Source: a virus
IMG/VR virus record: IMGVR_UViG_3300025418_000011
Length of the DNA: 64,000 nucleotides
Strand: one strand, 5' to 3'
Each line of letters starts with the position of its first letter. Position 1 is the stretch's first letter. Position numbers and translations under genes: made by a program. The notes below the pieces were generated by a model that ran no database searches, was not told where the DNA came from, and worked only from the letters and a program-made list of their open reading frames with translations. Below are positions 9,054 to 16,848 of this stretch, in pieces.

Positions 9054-9827
9054 GTGAAAAACGTACGCAGGATAGATTGGTCAGCACGTAAAGAAAAACG
9101 AGACAACGACATCTACCTAAACAAAGAGCTAAAGAAGCTGTTGCGTTATAGAGAAGATATCAACATACTCTCTCTGCCTGGTGAAAAATGGCTATGGGAG
9201 CGGCAGTTAATTCAAAATTTCCCTGAAAATAAGTTCAATATTGTTGGTGTTGAATCTGATCCTTATGTGAATGAATCTTCAAGAAATTTTCTAAAGCTCA
9301 ATCACAAGAATAAAAGAAACCAGATTGATCTACTAGACCAAAAAACATCATGGGAAGATGTAGTCACCAGGAAATTTAATTCCAGCTTGTTTGATAGCTC
9401 AACAGCTGAATTTGATATAATCTACGGTGATTTCATGGGTACCTTTAACAGAAATATAATAGAGTATATCTCACACATGCTAGAGGATAAAAAAATGATA
9501 AAGCCCTTGGGTAATATTATTTTTACATTCCTGCTTGGACGTGGATTGAGGGATATCAGAGAAGAAACCCTAGAGATAGGCAGAGCATCAAAATATTCAG
9601 ATTTACTTTATTTTGATGATGACATGCTGTGGAACAGATACAGCAGTAATACCAAATCTGATGAAGTTCATCCTTATGCTATCGGCATTATGGAAACTAT
9701 CTTACAGCTTGGTAAGAAATTCGGAAAAGTTCTACTCCCCTCAAAACCACATATATATTACAGTCCGGGAAGAGATGAAAACCATCTTGTTCCAGAGGGC
9801 AGCTTTTGCTTTACACTGATAAAGTAA
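9054..9827 (+). CDS. Class I SAM-dependent methyltransferase-like protein
   Basis: ILSLPG (motif I-like), IVGVESD (acidic end of beta2), FDIIYGDFMG (motif IV-like). Confidence 0.55.
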   Translation: MKNVRRIDWSARKEKRDNDIYLNKELKKLLRYREDINILSLPGEKWLWERQLIQNFPENKFNIVGVESDPYVNESSRNFLKLNHKNKRNQIDLLDQKTSWEDVVTRKFNSSLFDSSTAEFDIIYGDFMGTFNRNIIEYISHMLEDKKMIKPLGNIIFTFLLGRGLRDIREETLEIGRASKYSDLLYFDDDMLWNRYSSNTKSDEVHPYAIGIMETILQLGKKFGKVLLPSKPHIYYSPGRDENHLVPEGSFCFTLIK

Positions 9828-9850
9828 TTGAATAAGCTTTTGTAACATTT

Positions 9851-10285
9851 GGGGGCGTAATTGGAAATCGACTCCAGGAGTTGATATCAGCCTACATGCA
9901 GAGGATCTCAGTTGGCCTCTATAATCATCTGGGAAAAAAATAAAAGCAAACTCTAACGAGATGCTTGCTCCTAGCCTCGCTGAGGCGGATGCCATTCTTG
10001 CAAAGTATGGCTACGCTGACAGCGAGCTTCTCGCTGCCTAACCGCAGCGGCTTGAAGCCGCTAGTAGTAAAACGCTCTCTGGACGCCCGATGCCGGAGAG
10101 ATACAAAAGGGTACCTCAATTATCTTGTGAGGGTATAATTTAGATACGACTCAATTCGCGTTAAGTTGAAGATCCATCTGTATCCGCTCAGCGTACTGGT
10201 ACAGATGAAATAGGCTGAGCTAAGCATGTAAACGGTTGTTAGATATTTCTGGAACACACGGGTTCGAATCCCGTCGCCTCCACCA
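9851..10285 (+). ncRNA. ssrA: tmRNA; tag ANSNEMLAPSLAEADAILAKYGYADSELLAA* (9946-10041)
   Basis: 5' GGGGGCG pairs with CGCCTCC-A-CCA including G3-U70; T-arm GGGTTCGAATCCC; ATAAAA-GCA resume context; tag ends LLAA-stop. Confidence 0.95.
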
Positions 10286-10288
10286 ATC

Positions 10289-10502
10289 TACTGATGAAAA
10301 TCAGTACTCCTCCTGGGGATAATCGTATCCCTTGCTCATAGTCTAACGGTTACAAAGTGACTATCTGTGACTACTCAGACAAACGAGACCGCGGTTCCCA
10401 GTACGTGTAATCCCTCTATCATTAACAGGCATGTTGGATAGAAACGCAATTAGTCATTGCGGGGGAAAGAAGCTAACCGCGGGTTGAGGAAAAATTTCCC
10501 CC
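10289..10502 (+). ncRNA. Candidate structured ncRNA C directly after tmRNA
   Basis: Hairpins TACTGAT-GAAA-ATCAGTA, GGGATA-ATCG-TATCCC, ATAGTC/GACTAT, TCTATC/GATAGA, CGCAAT/ATTGCG and GGGGAAA/TTTCCCC; potential pseudoknot CCGCGGTT (10389-96) with AACCGCGG (10475-82). Confidence 0.5.
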
Positions 10503-10548
10503 CAACAATAGATATAAAAACCACTGTGAGAAGCAGGGCATTGCGCTT

Positions 10549-10867
10549 TGTGTATATGTGGAAATCCCGAAGATAACATATTAATCCTCTCAGGGGCTAC
10601 AGGTGATGCTCTCTGAGGAAAAAGGAAGTTAACCATCTGGGAGCTCTATTGTCTGGGGACTTTTGTTTTGGTAATGATCTTTTATCGGTTAGATCATGTG
10701 TGTTGGAACCGTCTGTGGCCGCGAGATGTATATCTTTCCCGCCCAAAAAAATAACAGATTGAGCATACAACAGAGTCCAAATCTCAAAACATGCTCGGTA
10801 ATAATAAACCAACAACCAATATTTTCCTGGTTTGCCACACATACACAGGAGCACTGGTCCGGCAGTG
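10549..10867 (+). ncRNA. Candidate ~320-nt multi-domain ncRNA D
   Basis: Long-range helix TGTGTATATGTGG (10549-61) / CCACACATACACA (10835-47), 12 of 13 paired, enclosing several hairpins. Confidence 0.55.
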
Positions 10868-10929
10868 ACTAACACAATCCGGAAATTTTTTATTTGATTA
10901 TTGCCCTCTATGCGGATAATTATTTATTT

Positions 10930-11012
10930 GAGCCCAGGACAACCAAAAACCCTCTGGTATTAGGCGGGAAATCTGATGGAAAGCAGAAATCTATAAGCCC
11001 TGTCCTGGGCTC
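10930..11012 (+). ncRNA. Candidate 3-way junction RNA E / 3' terminator element
   Basis: Perfect 12-bp GAGCCCAGGACA/TGTCCTGGGCTC enclosing ACCA/TGGT and GGC..TCTG/CAGA..GCC arms; followed by TTATTTTTT. Confidence 0.5.
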
Positions 11013-11040
11013 TTATTTTTTAACTATTCAAAAAACCCAT

Positions 11041-11069
11041 TTGACACACCAAAAAACTAGGTGTAGGGT
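11041..11069 (+). promoter_or_regulatory. Sigma70-like promoter, near-leaderless transcript
   Basis: TTGACA-N17-TAGGGT, ATG 9 nt downstream at 11078. Confidence 0.45.
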
Positions 11070-11077
11070 TATCCACC

Positions 11078-11377
11078 ATGACAAACACACAACACACAAA
11101 AGAAAGCATTCTAGAAGAAGCCGTGCGGGTTACTTCGGGTGATCGTAGAAGAGATTATGATCATCCAGAGCCCAACCATAAACGTATAGCTACTATGTGG
11201 AACGCTTATCTCAGTATCAGAAAAGATCCATTGGCAGAGATATCACCATATGATGCAGCTATGCTAATGGTTCTATTGAAAATCGCCAGAGATGTGTATA
11301 CATCAAAGCGTGACAATTTTGTAGATGCTGCGGGATATATCCGCTGCGCTGCAATAATTGCCGGTTACGAAGAATAA
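11078..11377 (+). CDS. DUF6378-like phage protein
   Basis: ILEEA..VTSGDR..DY.HP...RIA.MWNAYL...LKIAR....DNFVDAAGY pattern. Confidence 0.75.
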   Translation: MTNTQHTKESILEEAVRVTSGDRRRDYDHPEPNHKRIATMWNAYLSIRKDPLAEISPYDAAMLMVLLKIARDVYTSKRDNFVDAAGYIRCAAIIAGYEE

Positions 11378-11392
11378 AAATAAAACAAACAT

Positions 11393-11536
11393 ATGGAAAT
11401 AACACAAGCAGGAATCGGTTTCGGAACAGCGCTGGCTATCACCATTTCATGGAGCCTTCATCAAAGTATTCTATGGGCGATTGTTCATGGTATCTTGGGA
11501 TGGTTCTATGTAATCTATTTCGCAATCACCCGATAA
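11393..11536 (+). CDS. Small 47-aa membrane protein (MEITQAGIGFGTALAITISWSLHQSILWAIVHGILGWFYVIYFAITR)
   Basis: Manual translation, below ORF-track cutoff; two hydrophobic helices; resembles a widespread small bacterial membrane family. Confidence 0.7.
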   Translation: MEITQAGIGFGTALAITISWSLHQSILWAIVHGILGWFYVIYFAITR

Positions 11537-11550
11537 AATCCCCCCAAAAT

Positions 11551-11691
11551 TGACCTGACTGTATGGAAGAGAACATACATTTGTTACGCAGTAAGTTGTC
11601 TGCAGCCACCCTGTCCCTCTGGAAATTCCGGGGGAGAGCTTCGAAGCCCAGGGACACCAAAACAGTGAAGGGTTAGCGTCCTTCCAGGTCA
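11551..11691 (+). ncRNA. Candidate ~140-nt multi-branch ncRNA F
   Basis: Closing TGACCTG/CAGGTCA; arms TGTATG/CATACA, GCAG/CTGC, TGTCCCT/AGGGACA (branched) and GAAGG/CCTTC; intergenic. Confidence 0.55.
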
Positions 11692-11706
11692 TTAAATTTA
11701 AAAAAT

Positions 11707-11907
11707 ATGATATTCTCAAATAAACTACTTAAAACATGCAAATCGTACGACAAGTCCAAGTTCTTGTCGCGTAGACCCAAGGGTATGAAAGAAGCCGACT
11801 GGAAGGAGTATGTTGCGGACTTCAAGCTAAACAAGCTTATTGTTCTAGGCAATGCTCCAAAAGCCCCCGCAAGAAAAGAATCCAGACCTCAGGAGGATAA
11901 GGAATAA
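11707..11907 (+). CDS. Hypothetical basic protein
   Basis: 66-aa ORF abutting the next gene. Confidence 0.5.
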   Translation: MIFSNKLLKTCKSYDKSKFLSRRPKGMKEADWKEYVADFKLNKLIVLGNAPKAPARKESRPQEDKE

Positions 11908-11908
11908 T

Positions 11909-12532
11909 ATGGGCATGTTCGATACTGTATTTGTAGAGAAAGCTCTGCCCCTCTCTCCTGAGGTTAAAAAAGCGTTCAAGGGTAAAGACTGGAAAAAGAT
12001 CGACTTTCAAACGAAAGATTTAGATCTAGCCATGGCTTATTATTATCTTAAAGCTAACGGTAACTTGTACTTAGAGAAAATAGAGGGCAGTTACGAACCC
12101 CTCGCTGAAGAAGAAATAAAGAAAAATAAGAAAAATAAATTCTATCTTAATTATAAGTTCATTGAAACAGGTCGTGAATTAGTTAAAACAAATATTTGCG
12201 GAACTGTACAAATATACGCTAGTGAGTACGATAACGCCGGTAACGAGTGGTGGGTTGAATTTGAGCTGGTTCTACACAATGGAAAGCTTAAAAAGGCCAA
12301 ACAAATCAAGGCTGAGCTTGTGCATACCGCTGAAGAAATAGAACAACAGCGGGTAGATTTCGAGCAGCGCCATGAAAAGGTATACAATCATCCCTGGAAT
12401 AAGACCAAGAGAGTACTAAATAAGATTACATTTAATTATTGGAACTCATCTTGGAGAGGGGTTGCCAGAGGAGTAAGATTCCTTGGTTCCAGACTGGACA
12501 ATCTTGGAATGTGGATATATAGATATATGTAA
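11909..12532 (+). CDS. Conserved phage hypothetical protein (MGMFD-type N-terminus)
   Basis: ATG at 11909 gives MGMFDTV, an N-terminus typical of a common phage family. Confidence 0.65.
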   Translation: MGMFDTVFVEKALPLSPEVKKAFKGKDWKKIDFQTKDLDLAMAYYYLKANGNLYLEKIEGSYEPLAEEEIKKNKKNKFYLNYKFIETGRELVKTNICGTVQIYASEYDNAGNEWWVEFELVLHNGKLKKAKQIKAELVHTAEEIEQQRVDFEQRHEKVYNHPWNKTKRVLNKITFNYWNSSWRGVARGVRFLGSRLDNLGMWIYRYM

Positions 12533-12538
12533 TGAATT

Positions 12539-12719
12539 TTGACGGCAGCATCATAAATACGACCGGACCATCCCTTCCTCAATCTTCACGGTTGATAGGT
12601 ATACCGGTGTGGTCGGGTAGAAGAGCTCTAAACGGTATGGCACCCTATAAAGCGCTGAGTAACTTCTTTAACCATGGTAACCCGGATGTTGAAAAGATTC
12701 TGCAGGATCGTTCCGTCAA
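12539..12719 (+). ncRNA. Candidate ~180-nt multi-branch ncRNA G just upstream of tRNA-Pro
   Basis: TTGACGG/CCGTCAA closing helix; CAGCATC/GATGTTG; CGACC/GGTCG; GGGT/ACCC; AGAAG/CTTCT; GATTC-TGCA-GGATC. Confidence 0.55.
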
Positions 12720-12726
12720 TGTTTTA

Positions 12727-12801
12727 CGGGGTGTAGCTCAGCTTGGCTAGAGCGCTTGCTTTGGGAGCAAGATGTCGTCGGTTCGAATCCGGCCACCCCG
12801 A
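12727..12801 (+). tRNA. tRNA-Pro (TGG), CCA not encoded
   Basis: Full cloverleaf CGGGGTG/CACCCCG; anticodon arm CTTGC-TTTGGGA-GCAAG; T loop TTCGAAT. Confidence 0.95.
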
Positions 12802-12810
12802 TAGATTTAT

Positions 12811-12881
12811 TACCCTTTGGTGTAACGGTAGCACAAGAGATTTTGGCTCTCTTTGTCATGGTTCGAATCCATGAGGGGTAG
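12811..12881 (+). tRNA. tRNA-Gln (TTG), CCA not encoded
   Basis: TACCCTT/AGGGGTA; AGAGA-TTTTGGC-TCTCT; CATGG-TTCGAAT-CCATG. Confidence 0.93.
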
Positions 12882-12968
12882 TTTTGTTATGTCGCTCATA
12901 ACTGAAGGGCATAAGCAGGAGTATGGCCAACGAGTATAAAAATAAACCCTGCACAACTTATCACACAA

Positions 12969-13409
12969 ATGAAAACATACACAGAAACTAAAGATAAAAA
13001 AAAGTTTGATTGGTTCAGCTTTCTAGCAGAACGTATCAAAGAGCAGCCCAAAGGCGTTACATCCGTTGATAATATGCCAGACAAAGATATTATCAACACG
13101 AGAAAGAAATTTAAAAAAGAAATAAAGATGGCAGGTGATTGGGTTACCTGCGCCTGCGGAAACCAATGCAGCATTCTTGATAGAGATTTTGATGGTGAGC
13201 CCGTGGATGACAAACTTGCTGAGTTAGGTTCAGATTTTTATTATTATGTGAACGACCTGGATTGGAAAGAGGCAAAAACGACCCTCAAAGAAATCGAAAA
13301 GCTTTCAGCCAAACTAATCCAGGAAAAAATCCAAACCAGTAAGAAAATTCTTACGTCTTTAGGATATAAAGTAATTGAACCTGAGTTAAAAAAGGTTAAC
13401 AATAAGTAA
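12969..13409 (+). CDS. Hypothetical protein
   Basis: 146-aa ORF between tRNAs; DWVTCACGNQC motif. Confidence 0.65.
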   Translation: MKTYTETKDKKKFDWFSFLAERIKEQPKGVTSVDNMPDKDIINTRKKFKKEIKMAGDWVTCACGNQCSILDRDFDGEPVDDKLAELGSDFYYYVNDLDWKEAKTTLKEIEKLSAKLIQEKIQTSKKILTSLGYKVIEPELKKVNNK

Positions 13410-13415
13410 ATTCAA

Positions 13416-13490
13416 GCACGATTAGCTTAGCGGTAGAGCAGGCCCTTTACACGGGCAAGGTCGGGGGTTCGATCCCCTCATCGTGCACCA
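13416..13490 (+). tRNA. tRNA-Val (TAC), CCA encoded
   Basis: GCACGAT/ATCGTGC-ACCA; anticodon loop TT-TAC-AC. Confidence 0.93.
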
Positions 13491-13499
13491 CTTTAAAAT

Positions 13500-13582
13500 G
13501 GGTAGATACCGAAGCGGCCAAACGGGGAGGACTGTAAATCCTCTGTCATTAGACTTCGAAGGTTCGAATCCTTCTCTGCCCA
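13500..13582 (+). tRNA. tRNA-Tyr (GTA), long variable arm
   Basis: GGGTAGA/TCTGCCC-A; GAGGA-CTGTAAA-TCCTC. Confidence 0.95.
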
Positions 13583-13597
13583 TATATTCAACACACA

Positions 13598-13816
13598 ATG
13601 GCAAAGCAAAAAGAAACAAAAGTAGATCATTATAAGGCTACGGAGAGTATGTCAGAGGCCGAATGCCTGAAGTACTGTAAGAAGAAAGCAGAAGAAGATA
13701 TAGCGGAGTTCAAAAACCTTAGTTTTGATAAGGATATGTTGATCAGTGGTTATATGAAAATGTATTATCGTCCCACTAAAAAGAAAGATGAGAGTACTGT
13801 ACTTACCAAAATTTGA
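13598..13816 (+). CDS. Hypothetical protein
   Basis: 72-aa ORF with ACACACAATG leader. Confidence 0.55.
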   Translation: MAKQKETKVDHYKATESMSEAECLKYCKKKAEEDIAEFKNLSFDKDMLISGYMKMYYRPTKKKDESTVLTKI

Positions 13817-13974
13817 CCGGTTGGTTGTGGGTAGAGCTATATTATCCAAAGAGCATTCAGAAAGCCTAATAAAAGAAGCAGGAGCCGCAGTGCGATTCGG
13901 GGCAAAAGCCACAGAGGAAACACTCCTAGGTAAAGTATTCCTAGCAACTAAAAAAACAACAAACTAACACACAT

Positions 13975-14349
13975 ATGGGATTAGACATGTACGCATACGC
14001 CGTGGAAGATCATCCAATGGCAACAGCTCTCAGTATACCGAAGGGAGCAGAGGCGGTAGAAATTCAATATTGGAGAAAGCATCACGATCTGCACGGTTGG
14101 ATGCAGAAGCTCTATATCAGTAAAGGTGGTACAGGTCAATTCAACTGCACCCCAGTTCAATTAACAGAGGAAGATTTAAATAACCTTCATTGCGCTATAG
14201 AAAGTTCACATTTGCCGCAAACTAGAGGTTTTTTCTTTGGAAATAATCCTCCAGACGAAGACTCTAATTCAGAAGACCTTGCGTTTATAGAAAAAGCCAG
14301 GACCGCTATACGAAACGGTAAGAAGGTTTATTACGATTCTTGGTGGTAG
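13975..14349 (+). CDS. Conserved phage hypothetical protein (MGLDMY / YWRK / YYDSWW family)
   Basis: Signature MGLDMY...YWRKHHDLHGWM...YYDSWW. Confidence 0.8.
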   Translation: MGLDMYAYAVEDHPMATALSIPKGAEAVEIQYWRKHHDLHGWMQKLYISKGGTGQFNCTPVQLTEEDLNNLHCAIESSHLPQTRGFFFGNNPPDEDSNSEDLAFIEKARTAIRNGKKVYYDSWW

Positions 14350-14364
14350 TTTCAGTTCGGTGCG

Positions 14365-14402
14365 GGCTGCTCTCTCTGTCTCTCTATCCAGGGAGGGCAG
14401 CC
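14365..14402. terminator. Hairpin between convergent genes (probable terminator)
   Basis: 14-bp stem GGCTGCTCTCTCTG/CAGGGAGGGCAGCC (2 G-U on +), 10-nt loop. Confidence 0.55.
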
Positions 14403-15685
14403 TATTCCGATATTATAGGTACTTTATACGCAGTTAATTGAATCATGTTCAATACCTGCCTCACATACCTTTCATTTATAAACGGAATACCTAAACCAAG
14501 ACTCATAAATTGCTTTCTTATTCCTTTGGAGAATAGGTGAGAGCTGTTAAAAAACTTATCATTCATCTCAAAAGGAACAACACTGTTTCCGTGATGAATG
14601 AATCCATGCCAGTAAAAAGAGTCTTCATTGTTCTCCGTTTTTTTACGTATCTCTTTTACCTCTAATGCAAAGTTTGTAAGCTGTTCCTCCTCACGCTCTT
14701 TAACCAAGAAATAAGAAGTACCCCTACGCACGAATGTTTTACCCTGCACGGTGAATTGCTGCTCTCTGGATTCTCTCCAAGAGCGCATCAAGTCTTCTCC
14801 AGATCTTTCACCTAATTCTTTGACTTGCTCATATGATAAGCTAGCCACATGGTGATGCAGGTTAGGAGTGCCCTCTTTACCAATCAAAAGATCCATAGGA
14901 TCTATGTTAAATTCAGACCTCCTGGCTTCGCTCCAAATCCTTATCAAACTAGAAGTATCTATTTCAGGAGGCAAATCTATGTTTTGATTTGTCCACCAGT
15001 CTGCTTTGTAATTCCATGTAAAGCCCTTCTTAATTTTTAGATCATTGAAATCAGCTAGTACGGTATCACAGAGCTTACCATACCATCCCATTTCACCGTT
15101 CATGTATATTTTTTCTCTTTCTTGGGGTGTCTGAAACTTAGCAATTTCTATAGAGCATATGTGTTTAGGTGAAACAAAAGTAGGAATCATTAATACCTTC
15201 TTATACTTCTGTTTTGGTCCGAGATTTAATTTAGGAAATGCTTTTACAACGTTTTCGGTAAGATAACCAATCTCGTTTTCCAGAAATCCAGGCATACCTG
15301 CCACTGTGAGGATATCCTTGAAATACATAACTTTATCTCCGTGCCTGGCTCTGTGAGATACAGCCTCCTCTTTTGACAACAACCAGGCACCTTGATACTG
15401 AGCATGTAGGTAATAGTTACTCCATAACTTTTTCTCTGCATACTCAGATCTAGGAAGCTTGAAATCCAAGCAGTCATCAAAATTATCTAATACAGTGGTG
15501 TATAATTTTGGCCAGTCATTAGCTTCAAAAAAATCAAACACAGTACCCACAAACGAAGAGGTTTTAGACCTTGCAAACCAACCAAACACTGGTATTCTTA
15601 CAAAATCAAAATCTTCTTCTCTTAGTCCCAATTTAGAGACTAGTCTGGGTAGATTAATTTTGCTATTAAAATCATTGATATTCAT
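14402..15685 (-). CDS. Hypothetical protein, possibly degenerate primase/helicase-associated
   Basis: 427 aa; C-terminal LTNFALEVKEI...WHGFI recalls domains N-terminal to phage/plasmid helicases; weak. Confidence 0.45.
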   Translation of the reverse strand: MNINDFNSKINLPRLVSKLGLREEDFDFVRIPVFGWFARSKTSSFVGTVFDFFEANDWPKLYTTVLDNFDDCLDFKLPRSEYAEKKLWSNYYLHAQYQGAWLLSKEEAVSHRARHGDKVMYFKDILTVAGMPGFLENEIGYLTENVVKAFPKLNLGPKQKYKKVLMIPTFVSPKHICSIEIAKFQTPQEREKIYMNGEMGWYGKLCDTVLADFNDLKIKKGFTWNYKADWWTNQNIDLPPEIDTSSLIRIWSEARRSEFNIDPMDLLIGKEGTPNLHHHVASLSYEQVKELGERSGEDLMRSWRESREQQFTVQGKTFVRRGTSYFLVKEREEEQLTNFALEVKEIRKKTENNEDSFYWHGFIHHGNSVVPFEMNDKFFNSSHLFSKGIRKQFMSLGLGIPFINERYVRQVLNMIQLTAYKVPIISE

Positions 15686-15709
15686 GTTAAAATAAGGTAA
15701 ATATAAATT

Positions 15710-16762
15710 ATGAGTTCATTCAACTTCGACCAGTCTACAGATTATTCAAATAAAGATCTTTATAAGCTCTTACGTGTTTCTGATTTGCCTGCATATGTGA
15801 AAACCGCATCTGTGGACGACTATGACACACTTCAAGGTCTTCCAAAAGAGGCGTTTGCAGATGAAACGAGAAGGATTTATCCCCTGAACACTCCTGCGCG
15901 TACTTTTGTAAGCAATGCATATTTTATTAGTAAGAAGGCCGATATACAGAAAATATACGGCGAAGGTTATACTAGTCAACTAGAAAACAAAATTAAAGAA
16001 GCCGCCGAAATCTTTGAGATTTCTGAGGATATCTCTAATTACTCTCAAGAGTTTGTTAAGCAGGCCAACTCTGATTACCCCGAACAATACCTCGGCCAAT
16101 TTGAATTGGCTGACGGCAATGTTCTAAATCTTTATCCTGTTAAAACTGCCGCAGACCTGAGGGAAAATGTTGAGCATATTGTGGGACACATGCATCAATA
16201 TCCATTCGCATGGAGAACCAAGATGGCCGAACAGGCTATTAAGATCGCCAAGGATTTATCCGTGGACGACATTCCTGACCTTCTCTTGAAATATGCTGGT
16301 TATTTTTATCCTGACTTCGGCGGCTTAAAGACCGAGGTGTGGAGAAGAAGCACAAAGCTTAAGCAGGCAGAACATAAAGAAATGTATGAAAAGCTCGCAG
16401 AAGACGTAGAGAATATCTCTTCTGTGGAAGAGGTTATGAAGCTGGCTGAAACTCTTTTCCATGTGGAAAACATGGAAGGGTTATATGATAACGTCAAGAT
16501 TGCCCAGATTTTAAAAGATCCTGTGGACATGATATTCACCAAGAGCATAGATAAGGTCGCAGAAGATCTTAACTTTATAGAAGCTCACGGAGATAAGTAT
16601 TTAGTAGATGACTTGCAGAAAGTTGGTAAGGATAAGTATGAGGAAGCTTTTGGTTTTGATCTGGATCCTACGGACTCAGTGAAACTGGCTGAGGTTTTCC
16701 CCACCATGCCTAGGTCAGACATTAAGTTATTCGAAGAAATTTCGGGAGTTAGACCCGTATAA
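15710..16762 (+). CDS. Hypothetical, probable head-associated protein
   Basis: 350-aa acidic helical ORF with recurring K-x-A motifs (VKTAS, VKQAN, VKTAA); near terminase. Confidence 0.5.
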   Translation: MSSFNFDQSTDYSNKDLYKLLRVSDLPAYVKTASVDDYDTLQGLPKEAFADETRRIYPLNTPARTFVSNAYFISKKADIQKIYGEGYTSQLENKIKEAAEIFEISEDISNYSQEFVKQANSDYPEQYLGQFELADGNVLNLYPVKTAADLRENVEHIVGHMHQYPFAWRTKMAEQAIKIAKDLSVDDIPDLLLKYAGYFYPDFGGLKTEVWRRSTKLKQAEHKEMYEKLAEDVENISSVEEVMKLAETLFHVENMEGLYDNVKIAQILKDPVDMIFTKSIDKVAEDLNFIEAHGDKYLVDDLQKVGKDKYEEAFGFDLDPTDSVKLAEVFPTMPRSDIKLFEEISGVRPV

Positions 16763-16785
16763 TAAATAAAAATAAAATAAACAAT

Positions 16786-16828
16786 ACCTCCCACGCCTCT
16801 CAACGATGCGCACCAAGGGAGGTTTTTT
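16786..16828 (+). terminator. Intrinsic terminator
   Basis: ACCTCCC/GGGAGGT stem followed by TTTTTT. Confidence 0.6.
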
Positions 16829-16848
16829 ATTTTACACACCCACACAAA

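Noticed and set aside
8623-10867. RNase P, SRP or retron identity for RNAs A, B or D
   Set aside because: No GAGGAAAGUCC or ACAGAA..CGGCUUA in the correct order on either strand, no SRP CAGG/GGAA/AGCAG domain, and no reverse transcriptase in the window.
9741-10875. Short ORFs 9741-9995, 9925-10119, 10454-10636 and 10597-10875
   Set aside because: They overlap the tmRNA or structured RNA candidates and lack typical leaders or protein-like composition.
12532-13619. ORFs 12532-12750, 12896-13213 and 13422-13619
   Set aside because: They overlap tRNA genes, RNA G or the antisense strand of a better gene.
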